Below are positions 36,643-46,522 of a stretch of DNA of 53,911 nt, piece after piece (the stretch's first letter is position 1; each line of letters begins with the position of its first letter). The position numbers were made by a program, and so were the translations under genes. This DNA is from Candidatus Thorarchaeota archaeon (lineage in GTDB: Archaea > Asgardarchaeota > Thorarchaeia > Thorarchaeales > Thorarchaeaceae). The stretch is taken from the NCBI GenBank assembly GCA_016839445.1, contig JAEOUG010000106.1, positions 1-53,911 on the forward strand, written 5' to 3'. A model generated the notes under the pieces. It saw only the letters and a program-made list of their open reading frames with translations, was not told where the DNA came from and did no database searches.

Positions 36643-37791
36643 CTAGACTTCTGTGAAGCTCTTTACAGTCTTCTCATCAAGCGTCTGAAGCACTTCAACG
36701 AGAAGCTGTACTGCGTTTTCCACATCTTCTAGGTCGAGCATTGCGTGGTGAGAGTGGATGTACCGTGTGGGAATCCCAAGAAACAGAGATGGTGCGCCCA
36801 TGCCTGACAAGTGGATGCTTCCTGCATCAGTTCCTCCCGACGGCAGGAATGCAATCTGATGCTTGATTCCCTTTTCTTCTGCTAAATCCATCACGTATCT
36901 TCTGAGGCGAGGGTTGGGTATCATTGACCCGTCACCTGCAGAGATTGATACACCCTTGCCCATCTTCTGGACAAGACCCTTTGCATCAGGAGAGTCACCA
37001 GAAATGTCTACGTCAAGAGCGAACCCGATGTCAGGCTTGAGCATCTGGGCAGACGTACGAGCTCCTCTGAGGCCCACCTCCTCCTGTGTTGTCGAACAGA
37101 AGTATGCAGTGCAGGGTATTGAGATTCCCTGCTCCGAGATGCGCCGAAGGGCCTCTAGCACAATGAAGACACCGATCCTGTCATCAAAGGCCTTGGCTAC
37201 TCCTATGGTCACGTCGCGCACGACTTCCTCAGCATCCTCATCGTCTTCAGGCTTCTCCTTCCACTTCCGCTTCATGGTTCGGAATGTAGCCAGAGGCACA
37301 GCCGAGTCTCCGACTCGAATGCCGAGCCCCTCAACTTCCTTCTTGGAGGATGCACCCACGTCTATGAACATCTTGTCCTTAGTCACAACCTTGGCTCTCT
37401 GCTCGGCTGTCAAGAGGTGAGGCGGAGTTGCTCCAATCACTCCAATGATCTTCTCATTACCCTTGTATGGCTTGATTAGGACCTCTTGCGTCAGCAGAGT
37501 CTGATCCCACCAGCCGCCAAGCTGATTGAACCTCAGGTATCCTTCTTTCGTGATGTCAGTAATGATAAAGCCAATCTCGTCCACATGGCCGGCCATCATG
37601 ATCTTGGGGCCGCCTTCTCCCTTGCGGAAGACCAGCGAGCCGAGACCATCATGAAGAGTTTCGTCGGCGAGCTTCTCGCCATACTCTCGGACTATCTTCT
37701 GGGCCTCATGTTCATGTCCACTGGGCCCAAAGGCGTTGCAGAGCTTCTCGAGAAGCTCCAAATCTAGCTTCAATTCACCCATCGGTTTCAC
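36643..37791 (-). CDS. M42 family aminopeptidase (TET-like)
   Basis: GPSGHE, GHVDEIG, KAFDDRIG, QEEVGLRGA, GGTDAG, RYIHS. Confidence 0.95.
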   Translation of the reverse strand: MKPMGELKLDLELLEKLCNAFGPSGHEHEAQKIVREYGEKLADETLHDGLGSLVFRKGEGGPKIMMAGHVDEIGFIITDITKEGYLRFNQLGGWWDQTLLTQEVLIKPYKGNEKIIGVIGATPPHLLTAEQRAKVVTKDKMFIDVGASSKKEVEGLGIRVGDSAVPLATFRTMKRKWKEKPEDDEDAEEVVRDVTIGVAKAFDDRIGVFIVLEALRRISEQGISIPCTAYFCSTTQEEVGLRGARTSAQMLKPDIGFALDVDISGDSPDAKGLVQKMGKGVSISAGDGSMIPNPRLRRYVMDLAEEKGIKHQIAFLPSGGTDAGSIHLSGMGAPSLFLGIPTRYIHSHHAMLDLEDVENAVQLLVEVLQTLDEKTVKSFTEV

Positions 37792-37871
37792 TTCACAGAG
37801 CGGTTAGAATGAGCTACGGCGACGGAGGTTCCTCTAAAGTGGTTTTGGTTCGAGCAGTGTTTCGTCGCCAG

Positions 37872-38411
37872 TCACTGCAGTGTGCTCTTAGCCAAGAGAT
37901 AGAAGGCCTCTTCCACATTCTGGCCTGTGAGAGCACTTGTCTCAAGGTATCCGACAAGGCCATGCTCCCTTACGAACTCCTCAGCCATCTCAGTAGTGAT
38001 TACTCGCTCATCAGCTAGATCTACCTTGTTCGCCAAGAGTATGATTGGAATCCTCTCGCCAAGGGCGTCCTCGGTCTCCTGGATCCATTTCGGAAGCTCA
38101 ATCCATGTGCTTTTGCGGGTAGTGTCGAAGACAAGAAGTGCACCCTTCGACCCACGATAGTAGCTCCCCCTGATGAAATCGAACCGCTGCTGACCTGCCA
38201 AGTCCCATACCAATAGCTTGACCACGACATTGCGACCATTGTTGCCCTGAAGGGCTACAGTCTTCACGGCAAATTGAGAGCCAATGGTCACGATGTACTC
38301 CTCTGAGAACTTGTGTGTGAGGAATCTGTTGACTAGGGCTGTCTTTCCACTGCCTCCGGCCCCAATCATGACGACCTTTCGCATGTAGTCAAAGCCGCCG
38401 CTACTCAACAT
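37872..38411 (-). CDS. Rab-like small GTPase
   Basis: GAGGSGKT, TIGSQF, WDLAGQQRF, YYRG, NKVD, ETSA. Confidence 0.92.
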   Translation of the reverse strand: MLSSGGFDYMRKVVMIGAGGSGKTALVNRFLTHKFSEEYIVTIGSQFAVKTVALQGNNGRNVVVKLLVWDLAGQQRFDFIRGSYYRGSKGALLVFDTTRKSTWIELPKWIQETEDALGERIPIILLANKVDLADERVITTEMAEEFVREHGLVGYLETSALTGQNVEEAFYLLAKSTLQ

Positions 38412-38606
38412 TTCACCTCTAAGTTCAATCGCTTCATGTCATGGTCGTGAGCGCAACACGAATGGTTAGGCATGCTCCGACGGTCCAATGCGTTGGTCTT
38501 GGCTTGTCCATATTTAGACTTACTTGCTATGAATCACTGTCAGCGGGCCAGAAGGAAGCTGTTTTGGCAGTCAGGTTGGCGCCCTCACCCCATCTGGTTC
38601 CATTGG

Positions 38607-38613
38607 TTTATAT
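38607..38613 (+). promoter_or_regulatory. Putative TATA box of the RHH gene
   Basis: TTTATAT about 40 nt upstream of the ATG at 38653. Confidence 0.45.
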
Positions 38614-38652
38614 CGCCTCCCTTCCGCGTCTAGTAGTCCGAGAGGGAAACCA

Positions 38653-38835
38653 ATGCAACTCGTTACAGTGAAAATGAGCGACATCTATGTGAACGGTCTT
38701 GACAAGCTTGTAGAGATAGGCATGTACCCATCAAGAAGTGAGGCAATCCGAGTTGCCATTCGAGACCTACTGAGACGAGAGCTATGGCCCAGCGATGGAA
38801 GTCCGCTGACACTGACGTCTGAGAAGGACGAGTAG
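38653..38835 (+). CDS. Ribbon-helix-helix (CopG/Arc/MetJ-like) regulator
   Basis: LVTVKM...LDKLVEIGMYPSRSEAIRVAIRDLL. Confidence 0.9.
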   Translation: MQLVTVKMSDIYVNGLDKLVEIGMYPSRSEAIRVAIRDLLRRELWPSDGSPLTLTSEKDE

Positions 38836-38914
38836 CAGAAGCGCCCACAAGACACATTAATGCAAGTGATTTGCTGATAGGCAAAAGCACGTCTTCGTTG
38901 GAGGCAGTGAGACT

Positions 38915-39439
38915 TTGAATCTAAGGGTGTTCTTCAAGAGCGTAAAGTTCGGGTTCCGCGCCAGGAGAAGAGTGGCAATCTGGATGCTTGTGTATGCACT
39001 CCTCTTCCTTGTTGTTTCGGATGGATTGACGTTGCCACTTCAGCCGGGCTGGTTCTGGTATGTGATACTGGCGCTGATTCTGTCAACGTTCTACGCGATT
39101 CTGATATCTCAGTTCAGAAGGCGAGACATGTCTGTCCTCAAGTGTATAGGATGGGCGAACAATGATGTCTTGCTCTTGGTAGCCGGAGAAGTGCTACTGG
39201 TGACGATTGTTTCGTTCTTGGTGCTGCTACAGATTAGCTTTGAGATCCTGGGAATATTCGCCTATTTCTTCGCAGGCGTGCCCTCGATATTCCAGGGAGT
39301 CGTGGACTTCATTGTCATACAACCGGTTTCCCTCTTCACGACTTTCTTCGTGATTCTGGCGTTCCAGATTCCTGGGCTTCTCATCGCGCAGCGTCGAGCC
39401 ATGTCGGTACCGCCTATGAAGGCGCTAAGGGAGGAGTGA
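38915..39439 (+). CDS. FtsX-like ABC permease, minimal TM-only form
   Basis: RRRDMSVLKCIGW...GE motif, PMKALREE terminus, 4 TM helices. Confidence 0.85.
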   Translation: MNLRVFFKSVKFGFRARRRVAIWMLVYALLFLVVSDGLTLPLQPGWFWYVILALILSTFYAILISQFRRRDMSVLKCIGWANNDVLLLVAGEVLLVTIVSFLVLLQISFEILGIFAYFFAGVPSIFQGVVDFIVIQPVSLFTTFFVILAFQIPGLLIAQRRAMSVPPMKALREE

Positions 39440-39444
39440 AGTAG

Positions 39445-40122
39445 ATGGCACAACCAATAATCCAGCTCGAAGATGTACACAAGGAATACGGCAAAGGCAA
39501 GAACACTGTTGCGGCCCTGAAAGACATCAACCTGGAAATCCAGAGAGGAGAGTTCGTTGCGGTGGTCGGCCCCAGCGGATGCGGCAAGTCAACCCTTCTC
39601 CATGTGATGGCAGGCCTGGAACATCCAACCTCCGGTAGGATTCTTCTTGACGGAGTCGATGTCACTCTCGTGAGTGAGAGGGACCTGCCCAAGGTCCGAG
39701 CCCAGAAGGTCGGGTTCGTGTTCCAAGCATTCCTCCTCATAGAAGATCTCACCGCGTTTGAGAACGTGCAGTCGGTTCTCTGGCCGAGCTTCGATTACAC
39801 AAAGGAGAAGCAGGAAGAGATGGCCCTTGAGGTGCTGCGTGAGGTGGATATGCTGGAGCGTAGAGACCACTTCCCACGGCAGATGAGCGGCGGTGAACAG
39901 CAGCGGATAGCAATAGGCAGGGCCCTCGTGAACAACCCACCAGTGCTCTTCTGCGATGAACCCACTGGGAATCTGGACTCGAAGACCGGCGAGAACATCA
40001 TGAAGATCATATCGCAGCTGAACAAGGACCGAAACATGACCGTGGTTCTTGTGACTCATAATGAGGATCTAGTGAAGTTCGCCCGACGTACTCTGCGGAT
40101 GAAAGATGGGGTCCTTCGTTAG
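39445..40122 (+). CDS. ABC ATP-binding protein (LolD/FtsE/MacB-like)
   Basis: [29 protein letters not shown]. Confidence 0.95.
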   Translation: MAQPIIQLEDVHKEYGKGKNTVAALKDINLEIQRGEFVAVVGPSGCGKSTLLHVMAGLEHPTSGRILLDGVDVTLVSERDLPKVRAQKVGFVFQAFLLIEDLTAFENVQSVLWPSFDYTKEKQEEMALEVLREVDMLERRDHFPRQMSGGEQQRIAIGRALVNNPPVLFCDEPTGNLDSKTGENIMKIISQLNKDRNMTVVLVTHNEDLVKFARRTLRMKDGVLR

Positions 40123-40148
40123 ATCCGCAGCAACAGGAGTGGCGCCCC

Positions 40149-40982
40149 ATGCAGCCCGCAGACTGTAAGGGACAAGAGGACCTTGCAGAGAGACTGGCAG
40201 AAGAGGGGAAGAACTCGCTGGCGATGGACAGCTTCATCAGGGCAGCTGACTGCTGGAAGCGGTGGGAGTCATTCTCAAAGGCGGCTCAGGCATACGAGAG
40301 AGCGTATGAGCACGGCATGTTAGCACAGAGATGTGCCGATGCAGCTCTGGTGATGACCGCAGCCAGCTCAGCCTGGGCAAAGCATGGTGAGCATGAGAAA
40401 TTCGAGATCAACTGCCAGATTGCAGCACAAGCGTATGTTTCAGCTGCAGAAGAGAAGAAGGACCCTCTCCTCCTCATCGACGGAGCATACTGCGCAGTGA
40501 CTGGAGGAGACATAGACCTTGCGAGAATGCTACTGGAAGGCGCAATTGAGAGTACACACGGAGAGGCGACAGGCCTGATTGATCTGGGTCTGATGCTCAC
40601 AGAGTATAGATTCGGCGATGCGTACAAGATGCTGGAAGAGATCCTCGCGGATGAGCTGGACGCAGACCATCTTGGAAAGGTCAGGAGAGCATTTGAGATG
40701 GTGCTTGCCGGATTCGTTAGGACAACCCTCGAATCAGAGGCGGCAGTATCTCTCTCCAGCCTCGCCGAAAGCACAGGTCTGGAGCCGACGACACTTAAGA
40801 GATTGGTCCGCAAAGGAATCAACGACGGACTCATTCCTGGCTTCATGGATGACAGCTCCGACGAAATCCTCGTGGATTCAGACCGCTTTGACGTGGAGAG
40901 CCTTGAGAAGAGAAAAGGGCCCATCATGAGCAGAGACCTTGAGGATCCCGGAGCGTGGGACATGGAACTAGATGATGAATAG
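40149..40982 (+). CDS. Helical-repeat (SNAP/TPR-like) protein with a C-terminal PCI-like winged helix
   Basis: Ala-rich helical hairpins; [12 protein letters not shown]...[14 protein letters not shown]. Confidence 0.65.
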   Translation: MQPADCKGQEDLAERLAEEGKNSLAMDSFIRAADCWKRWESFSKAAQAYERAYEHGMLAQRCADAALVMTAASSAWAKHGEHEKFEINCQIAAQAYVSAAEEKKDPLLLIDGAYCAVTGGDIDLARMLLEGAIESTHGEATGLIDLGLMLTEYRFGDAYKMLEEILADELDADHLGKVRRAFEMVLAGFVRTTLESEAAVSLSSLAESTGLEPTTLKRLVRKGINDGLIPGFMDDSSDEILVDSDRFDVESLEKRKGPIMSRDLEDPGAWDMELDDE

Positions 40983-41082
40983 GGGGATGTTCCTGCGGAA
41001 TCAAGACGAATCCCCTAGAAGACTTTTTTAGTACCGTTGCTGAATCTCACACTCGCCCGGCAACGCTCGCAGGTGGTTATGA

Positions 41083-41301
41083 ATGGCTGAAGGGCTGAAA
41101 TGGCTGCAATGCCCAGTCTGCAAGGAATCGATCTACTGGAGAGTCCCAGAGGAGGGTCTCAAGAAGATCAAGCGATTCCCAGCCCCTGTAGTCATCAAGC
41201 ATAAGGACCACTATCTTGTTTGTTACCTTGACTCTCACTATCAGCTTGCCGACACAGAAGTGGCTGCTGACTGTGTGGAGGGGAGAGCAAAAGAGGGTTG
41301 A
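41083..41301 (+). CDS. Small putative zinc-binding protein
   Basis: CPVC...HKDH, 72 aa, preceded by a T-rich TATA-like tract. Confidence 0.75.
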   Translation: MAEGLKWLQCPVCKESIYWRVPEEGLKKIKRFPAPVVIKHKDHYLVCYLDSHYQLADTEVAADCVEGRAKEG

Positions 41302-41327
41302 GGAGTACTTCTGGGCAGCCGCTTGTT

Positions 41328-41864
41328 CTATTCGATTCCATTGTCCATTGCCCATTCTAGGACCCTTGAGGCTTGAGCACTGGCCATTCCCCACGACTGA
41401 AGATTCAGCACCAGGTTCCTGATGCCCGTAATCCAGTCCTCCAATAGGTTCTTGATTCTGGCCTTGAGGCCTTCATCGTCAACATCTCTGAAGATTGGGA
41501 GTATCTTGTCAACCAGACTCTGGGATAGAACTAGGATGGTCTCAAGCCGGGCAATCCACTCCTCGCGCGGGAGGCCAGAAAGGGTCTGCGCAACAGCCAG
41601 GTGGTAGTCATACTGAGCGGTGTAGTATCGGAGCCTCCAGCTGAGCACCTCTACAAGGATAGTGCGGTGCGCGACGCTTGGAGCCGTCTTGATGAGCAAG
41701 TTGATGAACCTCTGAGTCATCTCATCTGCAGACCTACTGGCGTCGAAGTAGAGTGCCATAGCCTGTTGGTAGTCATGTCCGGAGAGACATTCGTCCGCAC
41801 GGCCCACAGCCTCTTTGAAGCGCTGAAGCAATGCACGTGTGGAGTCGCCTTCCAGTTCTTCCAA
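41328..41864 (-). CDS. Hypothetical all-alpha protein
   Basis: 178-aa ORF with amphipathic helices; no recognised motif. Confidence 0.75.
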   Translation of the reverse strand: MEELEGDSTRALLQRFKEAVGRADECLSGHDYQQAMALYFDASRSADEMTQRFINLLIKTAPSVAHRTILVEVLSWRLRYYTAQYDYHLAVAQTLSGLPREEWIARLETILVLSQSLVDKILPIFRDVDDEGLKARIKNLLEDWITGIRNLVLNLQSWGMASAQASRVLEWAMDNGIE

Positions 41865-41968
41865 CGGTCAAGAACACCCCTTGTCTGCACAGATTAGATG
41901 AAATCTTCTGTTGGTTCAAGTGGAGAGAACTCAAATCCAATATGATGTTTTTCCGTGTGTAAGAACTC

Positions 41969-42943
41969 TCAGAGAGGCGGCATATTCTCAGTTTTCCACT
42001 CAAGAGGGGCATCACACCATGCCATGAACTCCTCGGACGGTGGTTCGCGCCCATATAGTTCTCTTCGTTGGGCCTCGAGAGGTTGCACGTCGACACCCAG
42101 TGCTTCTGCCATGGTAAGAACGCGGTTCCCCTTGTTCTCTGCAGCCACCCGGACAGGCTGAAGTGTTTCTTCCCAGTCAGCATCACGCATGTTGTGGTGA
42201 TCCACAATCAGGAACGGAACCGATTCCCCCAGTCGCTGAAGGTGGCCAAAAGCAAGTTCTCTCTCTTCGTTCTCGAACTTGGAGAGATAAGTGGGAGGAC
42301 CGCCTACGATAGCAAGATCCGCCCCCAGTCCATTGAAGTAAGTGAAGCTGTCCCTTGCCACGGGACCTTGAACATCTGGAGCGACTAGAACCCTTGTCGG
42401 ACCGTAGGAGATGAGAGTGCTTAGGACGTACCCTAGAAAGGTGCCCTCACTGCCATGAGGAAGAGCATGGGAGTAGGTCACAGTTGTGTCCCCAAGAGAG
42501 ACCGTTCTCCTGTCCGCCCATGTGAGTTCCTTAACAACATCCTTGACATCCTTCTCGAAGTAGTAGCCCCTTCGTCTTTGAGAGGCATTGATACTCTCTC
42601 GATTGTCCTTCGCCAGTACGGTCTTGTCAGTGAACATCTCTCTTCGCTCACCGCGACTGCTAAGGTTGTAGAGGCAATTCTTGAAGCCGGGACGAATGTG
42701 GTCGAAGTGGTAGTGGGATATCGACAGAACATCAGCTTCGCGAGCCACAGAGCGGATCTGCTTCAGGGTCCGCATCAATTGATGGTACTCACTCGGATGC
42801 GGCTCAAGGCCGTATCTCTTTGCGAGGGCTGCAGAGGGGTCTAGGAGTATCAAGACATCCGGCGTCTGAATGCTTGTACAGAGAGACCTCACTCCAAGGC
42901 TCTCACCTCCAATGGGAGTCACTTCAATCTCGCCGACGCGCAT
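41969..42943 (-). CDS. UPF0282-like MBL-fold hydrolase
   Basis: ESLGVRS, ISHYHFDH, PHG, DVQGP, GGPPTY, DHH; ATG at 42943 preferred as start. Confidence 0.85.
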   Translation of the reverse strand: MRVGEIEVTPIGGESLGVRSLCTSIQTPDVLILLDPSAALAKRYGLEPHPSEYHQLMRTLKQIRSVAREADVLSISHYHFDHIRPGFKNCLYNLSSRGERREMFTDKTVLAKDNRESINASQRRRGYYFEKDVKDVVKELTWADRRTVSLGDTTVTYSHALPHGSEGTFLGYVLSTLISYGPTRVLVAPDVQGPVARDSFTYFNGLGADLAIVGGPPTYLSKFENEERELAFGHLQRLGESVPFLIVDHHNMRDADWEETLQPVRVAAENKGNRVLTMAEALGVDVQPLEAQRRELYGREPPSEEFMAWCDAPLEWKTENMPPL

Positions 42944-43430
42944 CAGGAATCTCTCTATAGTATACGAGGCGATATCCCTTTTCATCACGTAGGAGTTCAG
43001 CCTCGCACATCAAACGGGGAGCGTTCCCCTGATTGAAGTATTTGAACATCATGTAGTCAGAGGGAAGCATCTCCTCGCTCAGTCCCTCAATCTGCTCCTC
43101 TGTGAAGAGAGCTAGCTCGCCCTCTCTATGAGAAGCCTGGAAGTCGGATATCTGAGCCTTTCCAACGAAGATAAGGAAGTGGGCGGAGAGGGAACCATCA
43201 GCGTCGACAAGCCGCTCAGAAACGAATCCGCGATATTCGTACGACCTCACCTGACTGGCGCCGGTCTCCTCCAAGATCTCGCGTTTGGCTGCATCTTGGA
43301 TATGCTCGCCAAGGGCAATCTTCCCACCGACCAGACTCCAGAGACCCTCATAGGGAGGATTCCTCCGTCGAAGAAGGAGATATCGATCCTCAAGTGCAAG
43401 TATTGTGATTGCTATTGGCACAGACTTCAT
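42924..43430 (-). CDS. NUDIX hydrolase
   Basis: Nudix box GGKIALGEHIQDAAKREILEETG; ATG at 43430 preferred as start. Confidence 0.9.
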   Translation of the reverse strand: MKSVPIAITILALEDRYLLLRRRNPPYEGLWSLVGGKIALGEHIQDAAKREILEETGASQVRSYEYRGFVSERLVDADGSLSAHFLIFVGKAQISDFQASHREGELALFTEEQIEGLSEEMLPSDYMMFKYFNQGNAPRLMCEAELLRDEKGYRLVYYREIPDARRRD

Positions 43431-43520
43431 GAGTGACTCAAGCCTACATCCAGATTGCGCTTTAAACATAGAGGCTAACATTCTTAGCAGACTCGGTCGA
43501 ATGAGAATCAGGTCACGAAA

Positions 43521-45005
43521 TTGGGAACTGTGCTCTCTGATGAATTGCGGGCGAGAGTCCTCTCCGAGATAAGCCCGACCGAGGCGGAGATTCAGAAACA
43601 GGCACATATCATTTCTGAGCTCTCAGCCGCTCTTGAGAGCAGAGCAGCAGAGATTGGACAGGCGTACTCCTTCATAGAGCCCCAGGGTTCCACAGGCAGA
43701 AAACAGACGCAGCTGAGAGGCGCTGCGGACATCGATCTCTTCGTCGGGCTTAGAATGGAGGACTACTCCTTTTCTAGAGAGCACGGGCAGCAAGTCCCTC
43801 GCGACGCCATTGACAATCTCATGAACAGGCTGGTAGATGAGTGGTTCGTTCCTGCGGCCTCTAGACTCAACTTGAAGAGCATACAGAAGACGTACTCCCA
43901 GCACCCCTATCTCTCGCTAGAGATGGATGGGTTGGAGGCAGACATTCTTGCGTGCTTTGATCTGTCCTCTGAAGAGCTTCAAGAACTGGGACCAATCACC
44001 GCCGTAGACCGTACGGTCCACCACACATCATACATAGCACAACGACTGACACCAATGACTCGTGAAACGGCACGAATCCTGAAGTCCTTCGTCCGAGCGT
44101 GCCACGCCTACGGTGACAGATGTGCCGTAGGACAGATGGGGCTGACCGGCGTTTCTCTTGAGCTTGTGGCCATACTTGCTGAGGACTTCGATTCTTGCCT
44201 TGAGAGAGTCCACAGCCTAGACATTGATCCTATCGACCCACTAGATAGGACTGAGGAGGAACTCCGTAGTATCGCAAGTTTCAGGGATGATCATGTGATT
44301 CTCATAGATCCAACTGATACTGCGAGGAATGTAGCATCAAGCTTCACGCTTCGTGCCTACCGTTGGGTGAAGCACAGAATAGAACAGCTCTGGGACGTAT
44401 CGAGAAGGGGAGAGCAGGAGAGGGCGCACGAAATGCTAATCGAGTCCGAGATTCCAATAGACCCCCTGCCTAAGGAAGCCGCAGCACACTCATTCTCGTT
44501 CGAGTATCTCTCAACGGGTGGCTCCCACTATACAGTGATTCGTGACAAGTTGTACAGCCTAGCAAGGATGATAGAGGGGCAGCTGAAGAACGAACGGACT
44601 GGTGAGGCGCGTTTTGGGGAAATCTTGAGTGAAGTCTACTTCGAAGACAACAGGTACGCTCTAGGCTTCCTCGTGGAACAGCCCATCATAGAACCACTCT
44701 ACACGAGAAGAGGTCCTCCCTCAGACCTCACACCGGCTGCTGATAGATTCCGAGACGCTCACTCTCGCATTGAGGAGCGGGATGGTCACCTATGGTCTAC
44801 TGAAACAAGGGAATGGACAAATGCCGAAGACATGATTCGACACCTGGTTGAGAAGAATCCAATAAGGGGAGTCAGACCGTTTGCAGAACAGAGCGAGGCC
44901 TCCTTGAGGGTCCTCAACGTCCTTGCCAGATATGTGCTCGAGATTGAACCATCCTTCAGGGCAAAGATGACAAGAGTTAAGGACACGGCTTCAATACGAA
45001 GTTGA
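43521..45005 (+). CDS. cca: Archaeal (class I) CCA-adding enzyme
   Basis: GS...DIDLFV nucleotidyltransferase motif, HPY, TAVDRT, IDPTD..RNVAS, GPP. Confidence 0.88.
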   Translation: MGTVLSDELRARVLSEISPTEAEIQKQAHIISELSAALESRAAEIGQAYSFIEPQGSTGRKQTQLRGAADIDLFVGLRMEDYSFSREHGQQVPRDAIDNLMNRLVDEWFVPAASRLNLKSIQKTYSQHPYLSLEMDGLEADILACFDLSSEELQELGPITAVDRTVHHTSYIAQRLTPMTRETARILKSFVRACHAYGDRCAVGQMGLTGVSLELVAILAEDFDSCLERVHSLDIDPIDPLDRTEEELRSIASFRDDHVILIDPTDTARNVASSFTLRAYRWVKHRIEQLWDVSRRGEQERAHEMLIESEIPIDPLPKEAAAHSFSFEYLSTGGSHYTVIRDKLYSLARMIEGQLKNERTGEARFGEILSEVYFEDNRYALGFLVEQPIIEPLYTRRGPPSDLTPAADRFRDAHSRIEERDGHLWSTETREWTNAEDMIRHLVEKNPIRGVRPFAEQSEASLRVLNVLARYVLEIEPSFRAKMTRVKDTASIRS

Positions 45006-45008
45006 CGA

Positions 45009-46088
45009 GTGACCTTGTCGAAGAGTAAGATTGGTGTGGTGGCAAATCCTAGAGAGCCCCTTCACTTCGCGTCATTTCCCAAGCCGAATCTCGAGGCCTT
45101 CGAGAATCCCTTGAGAACCCAGATGGCGATACACTATCTCGAGACCAGTGGAGCGCTCGAGAGGCTAGAGCGCTACGACGCGCCAAAAGCAAGCGTAGAG
45201 GACGCACTTCTCGTGCACTCCCCGTATCTGGTGGATACAGTGTCACTCATGAGTGAGATTGGAAGCGGGCAGCTAGGAGAGTCAGCCTACGCCAGTCCCG
45301 AACTGCTTCGCTCAGCACTTCTTGCGGTGGGTGGAGCAAAGAGAGCGCTCCAGGCGGTGATAACAGGAGAAGTCCAACACTCGTTTGCAATAGTCAGACC
45401 GCCGGGCCATCATGCTTCGTTCTCCAATCCAATGGGACTGTGTTACTTCAATAACGTGGCAATCGCCGCCACAATCGCTCTAGGAGACAACAATGTCAAC
45501 AGGGTCTCGATTGTTGATATCGACGATCATCACGGAAACGGAACCTCAGAGATATTCTATGCCAGACGAGATGTGCAGTATATCTCTGTTCACGAATACG
45601 ATTACGAGAATTTCGGAGTGGGACACTTCAATGAGATTGGTTGGGGAGAGGGCATCGGCACCAATGTAAACATCCCTCTTGTGGAGGCAACACCGGACTC
45701 CTCATACGAAGAGGCTTGTAGGAGGGTCATTACTCCAGCACTGAAGCAGTTCAAGCCAGACCTCATCATGGTATCGGCTGGCTTCGACGCACACTTCTCG
45801 GACCCAGTCGGGAACATGAATGTAGACAGCAAGACATTCTGGAAATACGGTAGGGAGCTGGCCAGCCTCTCGGCATCCCTAGGATGTAGGGGAACTGTCT
45901 GGGTTCTGGAGGGAGGCTACAACCCCTTGGCCATTGGCCCGTGCATCCACGCGTGCCTAGAGGGGCTGGGTGGTCAAGAGTGCCCGAAGCTGTATGACCA
46001 GATTGCGCGAGAAGAGAACGAGCTGATAGTAGAGTCGAATCGCGAGGTCTTCGACCAAGTTCTGGGGGCTCTTGAGCCCCATTGGTAG
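45009..46088 (+). CDS. Histone deacetylase family (HDAC/AcuC/APAH) protein
   Basis: RPPGHHA, GLCYFNNVA, DIDDHHGNGT, SAGFDAH..D, LEGGY. Confidence 0.95.
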   Translation: MTLSKSKIGVVANPREPLHFASFPKPNLEAFENPLRTQMAIHYLETSGALERLERYDAPKASVEDALLVHSPYLVDTVSLMSEIGSGQLGESAYASPELLRSALLAVGGAKRALQAVITGEVQHSFAIVRPPGHHASFSNPMGLCYFNNVAIAATIALGDNNVNRVSIVDIDDHHGNGTSEIFYARRDVQYISVHEYDYENFGVGHFNEIGWGEGIGTNVNIPLVEATPDSSYEEACRRVITPALKQFKPDLIMVSAGFDAHFSDPVGNMNVDSKTFWKYGRELASLSASLGCRGTVWVLEGGYNPLAIGPCIHACLEGLGGQECPKLYDQIAREENELIVESNREVFDQVLGALEPHW

Positions 46089-46168
46089 AGGCTCTTGAAC
46101 TGGCGGATGAACAATGTTTTAAGGCCTCCCGGGTTGCGACCGCTTATCCAGCAATGGTGGAACAAACC

Positions 46169-46441
46169 GTGGGCAAAAAAAGAAAATCGGGCGGCCGTAG
46201 TAAGGGCAAGTCCGGGAAGTCAGGCACCGTTCAGTGCTCCAGGTGCGGACGCATTGTGCCTGCTGACAAAGCGAAGAAGTATACAAAGAGGGTTTCTGCA
46301 GTGGACCCACAGCTAGCAAGGGAGCTACGCTCTCAGGGAAGCTACATTCATACTAGAAGAATGACCCAGTACTACTGTGTTAGCTGTGCAGTGCACTCAG
46401 GGAAGGTCCAGATACGCCAGGCTTCCGAGAGGAAGTCATAG
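46169..46441 (+). CDS. rps26e: Small-subunit ribosomal protein eS26 (S26e)
   Basis: KKRKSGGRSK, CSRCGRIVPADKAKK, YCVSCAVH; GTG start at 46169 inferred. Confidence 0.95.
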   Translation: MGKKRKSGGRSKGKSGKSGTVQCSRCGRIVPADKAKKYTKRVSAVDPQLARELRSQGSYIHTRRMTQYYCVSCAVHSGKVQIRQASERKS

Positions 46442-46522
46442 GTGACGCTGCTCTCGACTGCATCATGATCGCCGTTGAATCACGACCGGATCAACTGATG
46501 TAGAAACCAGCTGGTATGCCAA

